Of a stretch of DNA of 64,000 nt, positions 1-9,776 are shown piece after piece (the stretch's first letter is position 1; the number at the start of each line of letters is the position of its first letter). The DNA lies in IMG/VR virus record IMGVR_UViG_3300037047_000246; one strand, 5' to 3'. Below the pieces are notes generated by a model. The model saw nothing but the letters and a program-made list of their open reading frames with translations, searched no databases and was not told the origin of the DNA. Made by a program: the position numbers and the translations under genes. Source of the DNA: a virus (Duplodnaviria; Caudoviricetes).

Positions 1-1153
1 CACAGAGAAGCCGATTCAGAATGTTGTTGTCGGCGACATGGTCATCTCCCACACGGGACACGCTCGCAAAGTGACGCAGGTCTTTGTCCATCCTCACAAG
101 GGATTCGTTTACTCGGTAAGGCGCCGCGGCGACTCCCGTCGACTCGTGGTGACCGGTGAGCATCCTGTGCATACGAATAGGCCGACGCGTGTCGGGGCGA
201 GAACATGCTTCAATCCTGCTGCCCCTTTCGAATTCGTATCTGCGGGGCTGCTCAAAAAATTCGACCTGCTGCATACGCCGAAGCTTCAGTCCTCTTCAGG
301 ATTTGAAGTGTCTCCAGGAAAGGCCAAACTCATCGGGTACTTCTTGGCTGAAGGATATTTTTACAAGCAGTCTCCGAATCGAGTCAGCAGTCTCTTTCGA
401 GACGCGTTTCCTGGCCTGGCCAGCATTCCGTGCAGCTTGGAATTTTCTCTGTGCAAGGACGAATCTGATACAATCGCTGCAACGATTGTCAGGCTCCTTA
501 GAGATGAATTCGGTCTCGATGCGGTGGTGAAGCCTTCGCGCACAACTCCGAACGGGATCGTTGTTTCAAGTTCTCGTTCTCTAGAAGCGGTGCAGTTTTT
601 TCTACATCATTGCGGAGAGGGTGCTGCCACCAAGCGCGTTTCCTTGGACGTGATGGGTATGGATCCAACACTGCAGCTTCTAGTGCTGCAGGGTTGGCTG
701 GAAGGTGACGGCACAGTCAAAAAGACTCTCACCGGTTGGCTTTCTGCTTCCAGCTCTTCAAAAGATCTGGCCTCACAATTGATCCACATTGCTCATCGAT
801 GCGGCATCGTGGCTTCACGTTTTTCAATTGTGAGATCTGGCAGAAGGCGCGTGAAGCTAGCTAACGGTTTCTACTCCACTGTTCAAGATGCTTCGAAAGT
901 TTGTTATTCGAACGTCATCACGATCAATTCTTTGGACGCTGAAGCAGCTGTCCGCGGATCGTGGTTGGAAGAAGCCCACCGCACAGCCGCTTCCAATTTG
1001 AAGAAGCATTCGTTCCTGCAGTTTAGAGTTCAACCCGACAAGATCATCACTCAGATCTTGGACGTTCGCCGCGAAGATTACGTGGGGACGGTGTACAACT
1101 TTGAAACTGAGGTGGACCACAGTTACGTCGCCAATGGTGTCGCTGTGCACAAC
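1..1153 (+). mobile_element. Intein 1 with LAGLIDADG endonuclease (N-terminus lies upstream of the window)
   Basis: Hint-domain motifs (KPIQNVVVGD, VTGEHPV), LAGLIDADG blocks IGYFLAEG and QGWLEGDG, C-terminal TVYNFETEVDHSYVANGVAVHN followed by Ser (+1) at 1154. Confidence 0.9.
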
Positions 1154-3688
1154 TCTGACGCGTGGGAGAGGTCGTTGCTACTCTCCACCTACAGAACGTT
1201 CATCGGCGCGCCAAATTACCTCGAGCACATTCAGCTGCCTGAATTGTCCAAGGGCTTCATCATTGACGCCATCTCGCGGGATCTTGGTCAGACCTGCTAC
1301 ATCGACATCCTAGTTGGCACCGATCGCAAACATGGCAAGCTCGTGTCCGACATCCTGTCCGGCGAGCTGGCAGCCCTCAGCATGGGCTGCCATTTGCCTG
1401 GAACGCGAGTCACGCTCGCTGATGGCACTATCATCCCGATCGAGGACATTCGTCCAAATATGTACGTGGTGTCCCAGAAGGGCAATCCTTGCCGCGTTGA
1501 TAACTTGCAAGTCAGGCAAAACCGGTGGTCGATCCGGCGCATTAAGGCGTCGGGGTTGCCCGCGTTGCTGTCGACAGACAACCACAAATACTATGTGGTG
1601 CCCCGCCAAGATCTGAAAACCGAGAAACGGTACGGCCGCAATATTCTTTTGCCTGCGCCATATCGATTGGAGCACATGGAAGCTGGCGACATCCGAAAAG
1701 GAGACGTCGTCGCCACGCCAATCCCCACTGCTGTTGCCGCGCCGACAGTGTCTTTGCAAGAGGCCCGACTGCTTGGTCTGTGGATAGGCGATGGATGGAA
1801 ATGGGAAAACAAGCACGATTCGACTGTTGGCATTGGTGTTTGCTGCGACGCTGCAGACATTGAACTGTCGAGCGAGATCGAGCAAACGATCAACCAAATC
1901 TCCTGGAGCGCAGGAGAAATGCGGCTCGCAGTTGGCGGGCAAACGCCCAAGCGTGTGTCCGTGTCCACGCGTCGCAACGCGCGCTATTTGGTGTCATCCA
2001 GCCGCGCCGCGCGGCGCATTATTGATGCGCACACCACTGGCAGGAAAGCTCTAGACAAATCCATCGGACAAGATGTCATGTCGTGGCCGCAGGCGCATCA
2101 ATTGGCATTTCTGTCGGGAGTTGTCGACTCTGACGGCTGTGTCAGCACGACCCGTCGCGGCACCAAGCAAGTATTCATATCGACCCGCAATGAAAACCTG
2201 GCCAACCAGTATTTTTTGATGCTCGCCCGATGTGGAATTGTTTCCACGGTGTCGGCTATCAAGCGGGGCGGCACGCGAATGCTGCCCGGGGCTTCCGGCA
2301 CAGACTACCAGATACGGATTCGCAATGATCAGGTGACGCAGATTCCGGCGCTCAAGATCCGCCGCCACGCTGCCGACATCCGGTACATACCTGGCAACTC
2401 CGATCGATGGATTGCAGGCGAATATCTGTTCTCGCGTGTGAAGCAAGTGGATAAGCTTGAGCATTCTGGATTTGTCTACGACATGGAAGTGGACGACGAC
2501 CACTCCTATGTGGCAAATGGCGTGGGGGTGTCCAACTGCATCTCTCTGTTCACTATCTGCACCAAGTGCGGCAACATTGCAGCCGACGACGCGCAACTTT
2601 GCCCGTGCGTGCAATATGAGGGCAAAGGCACTCCGTACGCGGACGAAGACGGCGTTCAGCACCCGATTTCAGAGTTGATCGGGCATGTGACTGTGCCAAA
2701 TTCCAATCAGTTCATCGAGGCCTCGTGGGTGAAAAACCCGGCATTTAAGGGTGCCGTGCGGCGGAACTTCTTGAATGCCGATACCGTGGCCATTGCTTCA
2801 AAGCTCGGCGAAGCTGCGCGAGTTTACGAACTCAAGCAAACGGAGTCACATCCTGACGAGCTCAAGCGCGCAGCATCCACGCTGAGGCGAGCTCAGGGAC
2901 AAGACGAAGAGATTCCTGTAGACGACTCCGCTGCTGGTCAGGGGCAAAGCACCGATCAGGGGCAAAGCACTGACGGCGGACAGAGCGATTTGGACGACCT
3001 CAGTCAGAGCGGAGATCTTGGCGGCGACCAAGGCGGAGATCTTAGCGATCTTGGCGGCATGCCTGGGCCGAGCGGCGGACCCGGTGGACCCGGTGGCGGA
3101 TCCGGTGGCGGATCCGGTTTAGGTGGCCAAAGCCAAAGCGGACAAGGTCAGGGTCAAGGTCAGGCAGACAGCAAAGGTGGCATAGAAGAGATGCTTGAAC
3201 AAGCTCAACGCATGCTTGTTGAGAATCTTGTCAAAGCTCTCGGAGAAAAGCTCGCCCCCAAGCCTGAAGACGTGGAGAGCGTTGTGTCGTCTCCTGACTG
3301 GGAAGTTGCTGGAGGCAACGACAATTTGGTGCATGCGTCCACGGATTTTTCGGCTAAGCTTCGCAAAAAGTTTAGCAACAAGAAGCTGATCCGTTGGGCT
3401 GAAAACGTCCACCGCATTGTGCATGAAGGCGGACAAAAGGCAATTGCAGCGCACAGGATCAGTACTCGCGATCTAATAGTCCTTTCATGGATTGAAGATC
3501 GCATGAACGGTCGCAGTTATTCGTCAAATCTTTACAAGATAGCGATGAATGTTGGCGCACCGTCTTCGTACCCCAGCATGAAGTCTTTTGTGGCTGCATG
3601 CGACATGAAGCTTGGAAGAGCTTCTACGGACTCAGAGCGAGAGTTTTTCATTCGGAAAGGCAAGATTGCCTCTCTGGTTGAGTTTTAA
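2..3688 (+). CDS. Prohead (capsid maturation) serine protease, HK97/herpes assemblin-like, interrupted by two inteins; 5'-partial
   Basis: Frame is open from nt 2 (TEKPIQNVVVGDM). The spliced extein reads SDAWERSLLLSTYRTFIGAPNYLEH...LSMG|CISLFT...FIEASWVKNPAFKGA, giving His, SMG and E-x-S-x-V-x-x-PA-x-x-GA motifs typical of prohead proteases. It has a G/Q-rich linker and lies upstream of the scaffold and capsid genes. Confidence 0.7.
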   Translation, partial: TEKPIQNVVVGDMVISHTGHARKVTQVFVHPHKGFVYSVRRRGDSRRLVVTGEHPVHTNRPTRVGARTCFNPAAPFEFVSAGLLKKFDLLHTPKLQSSSGFEVSPGKAKLIGYFLAEGYFYKQSPNRVSSLFRDAFPGLASIPCSLEFSLCKDESDTIAATIVRLLRDEFGLDAVVKPSRTTPNGIVVSSSRSLEAVQFFLHHCGEGAATKRVSLDVMGMDPTLQLLVLQGWLEGDGTVKKTLTGWLSASSSSKDLASQLIHIAHRCGIVASRFSIVRSGRRRVKLANGFYSTVQDASKVCYSNVITINSLDAEAAVRGSWLEEAHRTAASNLKKHSFLQFRVQPDKIITQILDVRREDYVGTVYNFETEVDHSYVANGVAVHNSDAWERSLLLSTYRTFIGAPNYLEHIQLPELSKGFIIDAISRDLGQTCYIDILVGTDRKHGKLVSDILSGELAALSMGCHLPGTRVTLADGTIIPIEDIRPNMYVVSQKGNPCRVDNLQVRQNRWSIRRIKASGLPALLSTDNHKYYVVPRQDLKTEKRYGRNILLPAPYRLEHMEAGDIRKGDVVATPIPTAVAAPTVSLQEARLLGLWIGDGWKWENKHDSTVGIGVCCDAADIELSSEIEQTINQISWSAGEMRLAVGGQTPKRVSVSTRRNARYLVSSSRAARRIIDAHTTGRKALDKSIGQDVMSWPQAHQLAFLSGVVDSDGCVSTTRRGTKQVFISTRNENLANQYFLMLARCGIVSTVSAIKRGGTRMLPGASGTDYQIRIRNDQVTQIPALKIRRHAADIRYIPGNSDRWIAGEYLFSRVKQVDKLEHSGFVYDMEVDDDHSYVANGVGVSNCISLFTICTKCGNIAADDAQLCPCVQYEGKGTPYADEDGVQHPISELIGHVTVPNSNQFIEASWVKNPAFKGAVRRNFLNADTVAIASKLGEAARVYELKQTESHPDELKRAASTLRRAQGQDEEIPVDDSAAGQGQSTDQGQSTDGGQSDLDDLSQSGDLGGDQGGDLSDLGGMPGPSGGPGGPGGGSGGGSGLGGQSQSGQGQGQGQADSKGGIEEMLEQAQRMLVENLVKALGEKLAPKPEDVESVVSSPDWEVAGGNDNLVHASTDFSAKLRKKFSNKKLIRWAENVHRIVHEGGQKAIAAHRISTRDLIVLSWIEDRMNGRSYSSNLYKIAMNVGAPSSYPSMKSFVAACDMKLGRASTDSEREFFIRKGKIASLVEF
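1388..2536 (+). mobile_element. Intein 2 (383 aa) with LAGLIDADG endonuclease
   Basis: Starts CHLPGTRVTLADG, contains STDNHKY, LGLWIGDG and SGVVDSDG, ends FVYDMEVDDDHSYVANGVGVSN followed by Cys (+1). Confidence 0.9.
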
Positions 3689-3730
3689 AGCATTGATGAG
3701 GAAAGTCCCCAATAGGAGGCATTTCAGGCC

Positions 3731-4900
<1,170 letters not shown>

Positions 4901-4910
4901 TGCAAGGTTT

Positions 4911-4942
4911 GAGGAGCCCAGTACTGCTGGGCTGGGCTCCTC
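4911..4942. terminator. 11-bp stem-loop after the scaffold gene (terminator or processing hairpin)
   Basis: GAGGAGCCCAG (4911-4921) pairs with CTGGGCTCCTC (4932-4942); no U-tract, so the function is uncertain. Confidence 0.4.
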
Positions 4943-5117
4943 GGAGACATACGCAAACAGGATACGCAGACGAGTTAACAGTTACTGAGGTTTGGTCAAA
5001 AAGCTGATTGACGACAATCTAATGGGGCAACGGTTTCGCGGCAACGGACTGAAACCACTCCAGAAGTGAAGCGTCGGACATGACCCGTAGACCAGGCTGA
5101 AGGAAGCTGGAGGAACA

Positions 5118-5786
5118 ATGGGAAGCATCGGTGGTCTCGCATCAGGCGACTTTCGCCTCAGCCAAGGGGCTCTGCGGATCCTGTATCACATTGCGAAGGA
5201 CAACATTCCGGTCCTGGCAAGTGACGGGTTCACTCAGAACAACCCCAACGTGGTGGTCAACCCGCTCGCAGTGTCTACTACTCTTCCAACGAACGTGAAG
5301 AGGGGCGCTCTTGGCGGATCGGTCGCCTTCACTCGACCCGACGTCGGGTCCAATACCGTAGGCGGCGCCGTTCTCGTGAACGCGGCTTACGTGGTCAACA
5401 CTCGGCCTCTCGGTCTCTTCATCAACGATGCGCTCGGCAATTCGTTCGAGAACACGCCCGGCGTGGCCTCGGGCAAGGGCCCGTTCGTCCGCGGCGGCGC
5501 GGCTGGCATCAAGATCTACGAGACCCAGCAGCAGACTCTCGTCGGCGGCGGCGCTGTTGGCGACCCGCTGGCAGCGTACGGCAATGGACAGAAGCTGTAT
5601 GCGTCGGTGAATGGCTACCTGACCAATCGTTGGCAGGACTCGTACGAGGCGCAGTGGCTTACCGCGGCTGTTCTCGGATCTGGCGGCGGCGGCGTTGCCA
5701 TCGAGCCGGACGTGACCTGTATGGGCATCGTCCTTTCACCCCCTGACGCAACGAGCGCCGAGCTCTTCGCCGAGCTCAAGTACTGA
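5118..5786 (+). CDS. Putative capsid decoration/stabilising protein
   Basis: GGAGG SD, highly biased codon use, Gly/Val-rich beta composition, immediately upstream of the major capsid gene. Confidence 0.45.
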   Translation: MGSIGGLASGDFRLSQGALRILYHIAKDNIPVLASDGFTQNNPNVVVNPLAVSTTLPTNVKRGALGGSVAFTRPDVGSNTVGGAVLVNAAYVVNTRPLGLFINDALGNSFENTPGVASGKGPFVRGGAAGIKIYETQQQTLVGGGAVGDPLAAYGNGQKLYASVNGYLTNRWQDSYEAQWLTAAVLGSGGGGVAIEPDVTCMGIVLSPPDATSAELFAELKY

Positions 5787-5800
5787 GAGGAGAAGAAGCC

Positions 5801-6688
5801 ATGGCATTCGGCGTACAGGTAGTTGACAACACCATCAAAGAGCAAGTGATCGACAGGTACATCGGTACCTCTCAGGGTCGCAAGCGCATCGCTTCGTCGA
5901 TGATTCAGTCGCTGCGCGAGCGCCGCGACTATAGCTCCGTCGGCCGCAAGACGTTCCTCGTCGAGCAGCTTCCCGACGGCGCTCTTCCGATCTACGACAA
6001 GGACCCTGATGTGGTCGCGTACGTGATCGGCGAGGAAGGCGAGAGTATCACCGCCGTGGCCAAGCCGCGCCGCGTGATCTTCCCGCTGTTCGAGATCGCG
6101 GCTCTGCCCAAGTCCCCGCTGACGCAGGTCAAGGAGCGTCGGTACGACCTCCTGAAGCGCATGCAGGACCTCGGCAAGGCCCAGATCCAGGCCGCTGAAG
6201 ACGACCGCGTCTTCTCGATCATGGACGCCATCGCGATCAACGGTTTCGACTCGCTTCCGGGCGGGACGAACCCCGACATCCCCGTGGTTGCCCCGATTTC
6301 CCCGGCCGTTCTCGCGGACGCCTTCTCGGAGATCGAGCGTCACGACCTGCGCGTCGCTCGCGTTTACATGAACGCGACTGACTACGCTGACATCCGCAAG
6401 TTCGGCCGCGACGTGCTCGACATCGAGTCGCAGGCGACCCTGTGGAAGACCGGCATGATGGCCACGGGCTGGAACGCCCAGTTTGTCGTGTCGCGTCTCG
6501 TGCCGGCCGGCGTTGTGTACATCTGCTGCGAGCCCGAGCAGTTCGGCCGCATCCCGGTGCGCACTGAGCTGACCGTGCTGTCGGCGGACAACCCGGAAGA
6601 GCGCACGATTGGCTTCAGCATGTTCGAGAACATTGGCATTGGCGCATATAACCCGCGCGGCCTTGTTCGTCTCATCGTTCAGCGCTGA
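5801..6688 (+). CDS. Major capsid protein (HK97 fold)
   Basis: GAGGAG SD and strong codon bias; motifs VEQLPDGALPIYDKD, FPLFEIAALP, QAAEDDRVF, YMNATDYADI and the C-terminal beta strand match HK97-type capsid proteins; follows protease and scaffold. Confidence 0.8.
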   Translation: MAFGVQVVDNTIKEQVIDRYIGTSQGRKRIASSMIQSLRERRDYSSVGRKTFLVEQLPDGALPIYDKDPDVVAYVIGEEGESITAVAKPRRVIFPLFEIAALPKSPLTQVKERRYDLLKRMQDLGKAQIQAAEDDRVFSIMDAIAINGFDSLPGGTNPDIPVVAPISPAVLADAFSEIERHDLRVARVYMNATDYADIRKFGRDVLDIESQATLWKTGMMATGWNAQFVVSRLVPAGVVYICCEPEQFGRIPVRTELTVLSADNPEERTIGFSMFENIGIGAYNPRGLVRLIVQR

Positions 6689-6706
6689 GAATCGGTTCTG
6701 AGGCTT

Positions 6707-6745
6707 TCTTGAGGCCATCCACATAATATGTGGATGGCCTCAAGA
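6707..6745. terminator. Perfect 18-bp inverted repeat hairpin after the capsid gene
   Basis: TCTTGAGGCCATCCACAT-AAT-ATGTGGATGGCCTCAAGA. Confidence 0.6.
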
Positions 6746-6794
6746 CTATTTGCCATTCTCGAACAAACTTATTTCTTTTATTGTAAGTTCGAGA

Positions 6795-8414
6795 ATGGAC
6801 TCTTGCTCCATATGTGGCAAATCAGAACCTGAGGTGGCTTTTTATTTCCGGAAAGCCAAAAACGACAAATCCTACGCGTCTCCATACTGCAAGGAATGCG
6901 AGCGGAAGAAAGCCCGTGAGGCTAAAAAGCTCAGATATCACGACCCAGTTAAGGGTCAAAATATGAAAGCACGGGCAGCTGAGAGAGCGTCGCAGCCTGA
7001 ATATCGGGAGGCAGTCAATTCTGCATTTAGGATCAAGTATTCAACTGACCCACAGTATAGGCAATCGGTGCTTGACCGTATGCGGGACAACAGGGCAGAC
7101 GACGTCAAAAACCGGGTAATCAGGAGTAGGGCCGCTGCTTATTACCAGCGCAACCGCAAGCGCATAGTGGCGCAGAATACTAAGAGGGCGGCGGAAAATC
7201 CAAGGATCAGAATTCGCGGCTTCATGCGCGGGAGAATAAGCGAGGCGCTATCCAGTCATGGGAAATTGAAAGGTGGAGTTGCATCTTTGCAGTATTTGAA
7301 TTATTCTTGGGAGGATCTATATCGCCACCTGGAGTCTCAATTTGCGGACTGGATGAATTTTTCGAATTATGGGTCTGGGCCCGGCACGTGGCAAGTTGAC
7401 CACATAATCCCGCAGGTTTTCTTTCCGTATGATGACATGGACTCGGAGTTATTTAGGTGGTGCTGGGACCTGAAGAATTTGCGCCCACACCCATCAGATC
7501 TCAACGCTCAAGAAGACGATAGACGGCATTTACTGGGTGATCCAAGGGACATCCGACTCTTGTTTCAAGAGTTGCGGTTACCTCGAGTGGAGTTGAAGGA
7601 AAATCAGCAGGATGTGCTATGTGCTGCTGCTAGAATCCAGCCAGTGGCTGGAGCCTGCTCAATGTCTATGGTTGGTCTGAACTTCCTTGATTCAATATTC
7701 ACTACCCGATTCGGGTCCAGTACTGCACGATTCCCATCTCTGGAGAAAGCGCTGCTCAACGACCAGATGCTGTACGAGGCTGTCATATGTCTAATCAAAC
7801 GAGAGGAAAGAGTGACCCCAGGGGCAGTCCACTCGGCCATCAGGTACAGAGTTAGGACTCCTGGTCATTTCTTTCCGATGGCTGCAGTGTCCGTGCTCAA
7901 ACGATACGGGATGGGCATGCACGTGTTCGACCCGTTTCTCGGATGGGGCGGTCGATGTATGGCTGCCCTATGTACGGATGTCTCGAGTTATACCGGGTGT
8001 GATTTACAGTCAGAGGTCGTAAACGGGTGTTCGACTCTCGCTCACGCTTTCGGTTCACCACGGCCTGTAACTGTGCTGCATGTCGATGCGCTGGAGTTTC
8101 TGAAATCTACGAGTCAAAAATTTGGGTTGATATTCACAAGTCCCCCGTACATGGACACTGAGGACTACGGGATAGAGTCGGATGCTATGCGTGCCGGGTG
8201 GTTAGACTCATTTGTTTTCCCGCTAGTGGAACAGTTTAGTACTCACTTGGAACACGGAGGTCGGGTTGCGCTACACTTGAAAGATGTTAAGGGTGCACCA
8301 ACTTTTACTGCATATCACGCAGCGATGAAGGCTTATGGGTTTGTCCAAACAGGCAGACACAAGTACGGCAGAACATGGACGCAATCCGTGTATGTTTATG
8401 AACGTCCTTCATGA
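6795..8414 (+). CDS. HNH endonuclease fused to a SAM-dependent DNA amino-methyltransferase domain
   Basis: N-terminal CxxC...CxxC, basic helix, WQVDHIIP...WDLKNLRP (HNH), then VFDPFLGWGGR (motif I) and IFTSPPY (motif IV). Confidence 0.75.
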   Translation: MDSCSICGKSEPEVAFYFRKAKNDKSYASPYCKECERKKAREAKKLRYHDPVKGQNMKARAAERASQPEYREAVNSAFRIKYSTDPQYRQSVLDRMRDNRADDVKNRVIRSRAAAYYQRNRKRIVAQNTKRAAENPRIRIRGFMRGRISEALSSHGKLKGGVASLQYLNYSWEDLYRHLESQFADWMNFSNYGSGPGTWQVDHIIPQVFFPYDDMDSELFRWCWDLKNLRPHPSDLNAQEDDRRHLLGDPRDIRLLFQELRLPRVELKENQQDVLCAAARIQPVAGACSMSMVGLNFLDSIFTTRFGSSTARFPSLEKALLNDQMLYEAVICLIKREERVTPGAVHSAIRYRVRTPGHFFPMAAVSVLKRYGMGMHVFDPFLGWGGRCMAALCTDVSSYTGCDLQSEVVNGCSTLAHAFGSPRPVTVLHVDALEFLKSTSQKFGLIFTSPPYMDTEDYGIESDAMRAGWLDSFVFPLVEQFSTHLEHGGRVALHLKDVKGAPTFTAYHAAMKAYGFVQTGRHKYGRTWTQSVYVYERPS

Positions 8415-8460
8415 TATTTGTTCTGTAATTGGCGGACACCTCGCCTTGTAAAGTGACTAC

Positions 8461-8760
8461 ATGAGTCGCCGCCAGTCTCCTTTTCCCAAGTGTGGCCCTG
8501 GCAGACCCGAGTTGAGCGCGGCCGAGAAACGGCATCGAGACAAATGCAAGCGCTTGGCGGACAAGCTCAGACGCACGGGCGTTGACGCCGCATACTACGT
8601 GGTTAGCGAATCCGGAAAGCTTTGGGGAGCGTTCGCGGAATTTTCCGGATGGAGCGGCGCAAAGCGGGCGCTTGACCTGTCCAGTCTGCCGGTCGGTTCT
8701 GTGGTCCTTCGGTCAGACGGCGTGGAGCTGGCGAGGCGCCACGCAAAAATTCCCTGCTGA
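8461..8760 (+). CDS. Hypothetical protein
   Basis: ATG ORF filling the gap; no recognised motif. Confidence 0.5.
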   Translation: MSRRQSPFPKCGPGRPELSAAEKRHRDKCKRLADKLRRTGVDAAYYVVSESGKLWGAFAEFSGWSGAKRALDLSSLPVGSVVLRSDGVELARRHAKIPC

Positions 8761-9074
8761 CCCGCTGGCATGCCATCGACGTTTTGTCGGCAGGCTGTGC
8801 GATGCCTGCAAATCGCAAGTCTTCCGTGGCCAAGCGGAGCCCCGGCCCCATCGGGCGCTACCTTGACTTGATCAGGCGCCGCAAGGTGCGCTCCTTGCTG
8901 GTGCTGTGCAGGTTGAGAAAACACATCTCCGCAGCAGAGTTCAGCTCCGCGTGCAAGGAGGAGCTGGAGTGCGCGTTCGCCCTGGCTGCCACCTTCTTTG
9001 CTCTCGGATTGGTTGCGGGAGCAGCGGCTGCGCTGCTCGCCTGGCGGTGAACGTCCTGGAAAGTCCTGCCCGGA

Positions 9075-9674
9075 TCAGTCGCTTATTGTGACCCTCAGCA
9101 GCTGGCCGCCTACAAGCGGCACTTGGATTCCGTCTTTGATCTGCATGAACGTCTTCTTGACGTCCATCTTGACGTCCAGGGCGTCCAGCACGCCTTTCAC
9201 CTGCGTCCAGCTGATGGACGCCGTGCGGCTCGCTCCACCCGCGGATGCGATCCGGTCAGAGCTCTTCTTTATAGCTCTCAGCACATCTGCCGGAGACTCG
9301 AACAACCCCATGTCCCTGTCCATCGAGCCGCCAAGTTGGGTGACGTCGTACCCCTCCTTGTACCGGCTTATGCCGAACATGGCATGTGCGCCGCTCGGTG
9401 TGACTCTGAGAATGTTGAACACCCCGTGGTTCAAATTCGGCAGATATACGCTCAGAAGCTCCTTCTCAGGCACTTCAGTCGCCTTTTCCGGGCTCCAGAT
9501 GTCGCTGACCAATTTCCAGCTGCCGGCGGCAGGTGCGCTGGGGTCTTTGCCGGTGCCGTTGCAGCGCAGGCAGTCCTCCAGCGTTCTTGCATCAAACCCG
9601 CTGCCTCTGCACTGACTGCACTGCTCCGGACCGCGCACGGCGGCTACTCTTGCGGCGATGGCGAAGACGTTCAT
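9075..9674 (-). CDS. Hypothetical protein with N-terminal IAARVA helix and DnaJ-type CxxCxGxG zinc finger
   Basis: MNVFAIAARVAA...CSQCRGSG...CLRCNGTG. Confidence 0.7.
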   Translation of the reverse strand: MNVFAIAARVAAVRGPEQCSQCRGSGFDARTLEDCLRCNGTGKDPSAPAAGSWKLVSDIWSPEKATEVPEKELLSVYLPNLNHGVFNILRVTPSGAHAMFGISRYKEGYDVTQLGGSMDRDMGLFESPADVLRAIKKSSDRIASAGGASRTASISWTQVKGVLDALDVKMDVKKTFMQIKDGIQVPLVGGQLLRVTISD

Positions 9675-9680
9675 GACCGA

Positions 9681-9706
9681 GTCTGCCGATTAAAAATTCG
9701 GCAGAC
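9681..9706. promoter_or_regulatory. Palindrome between divergent genes (operator or hairpin candidate)
   Basis: GTCTGCCGA-TTAAAAAT-TCGGCAGAC: 9-bp perfect arms around an AT-rich spacer. Confidence 0.45.
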
Positions 9707-9776
9707 GAATTGGCGCTAAGTTTTGCCGGGGCTACGTTCGGTATGGTTCGTACTGAAACCCATACTGGAGACCCAC

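Noticed and set aside
3698-3708. GAGGAAAGTCC, resembling the RNase P P4 or hammerhead core
   Set aside because: It lies in a 42-nt spacer with no room for, or sign of, the remaining helices, and there is no CUGAUGA core.
8865-9073. Stop-free minus-strand frame (…RAKKVAARANAH…) that could extend the 9674(-) gene by frameshifting
   Set aside because: There is no start codon, no recognisable slippery site and no homology cue.
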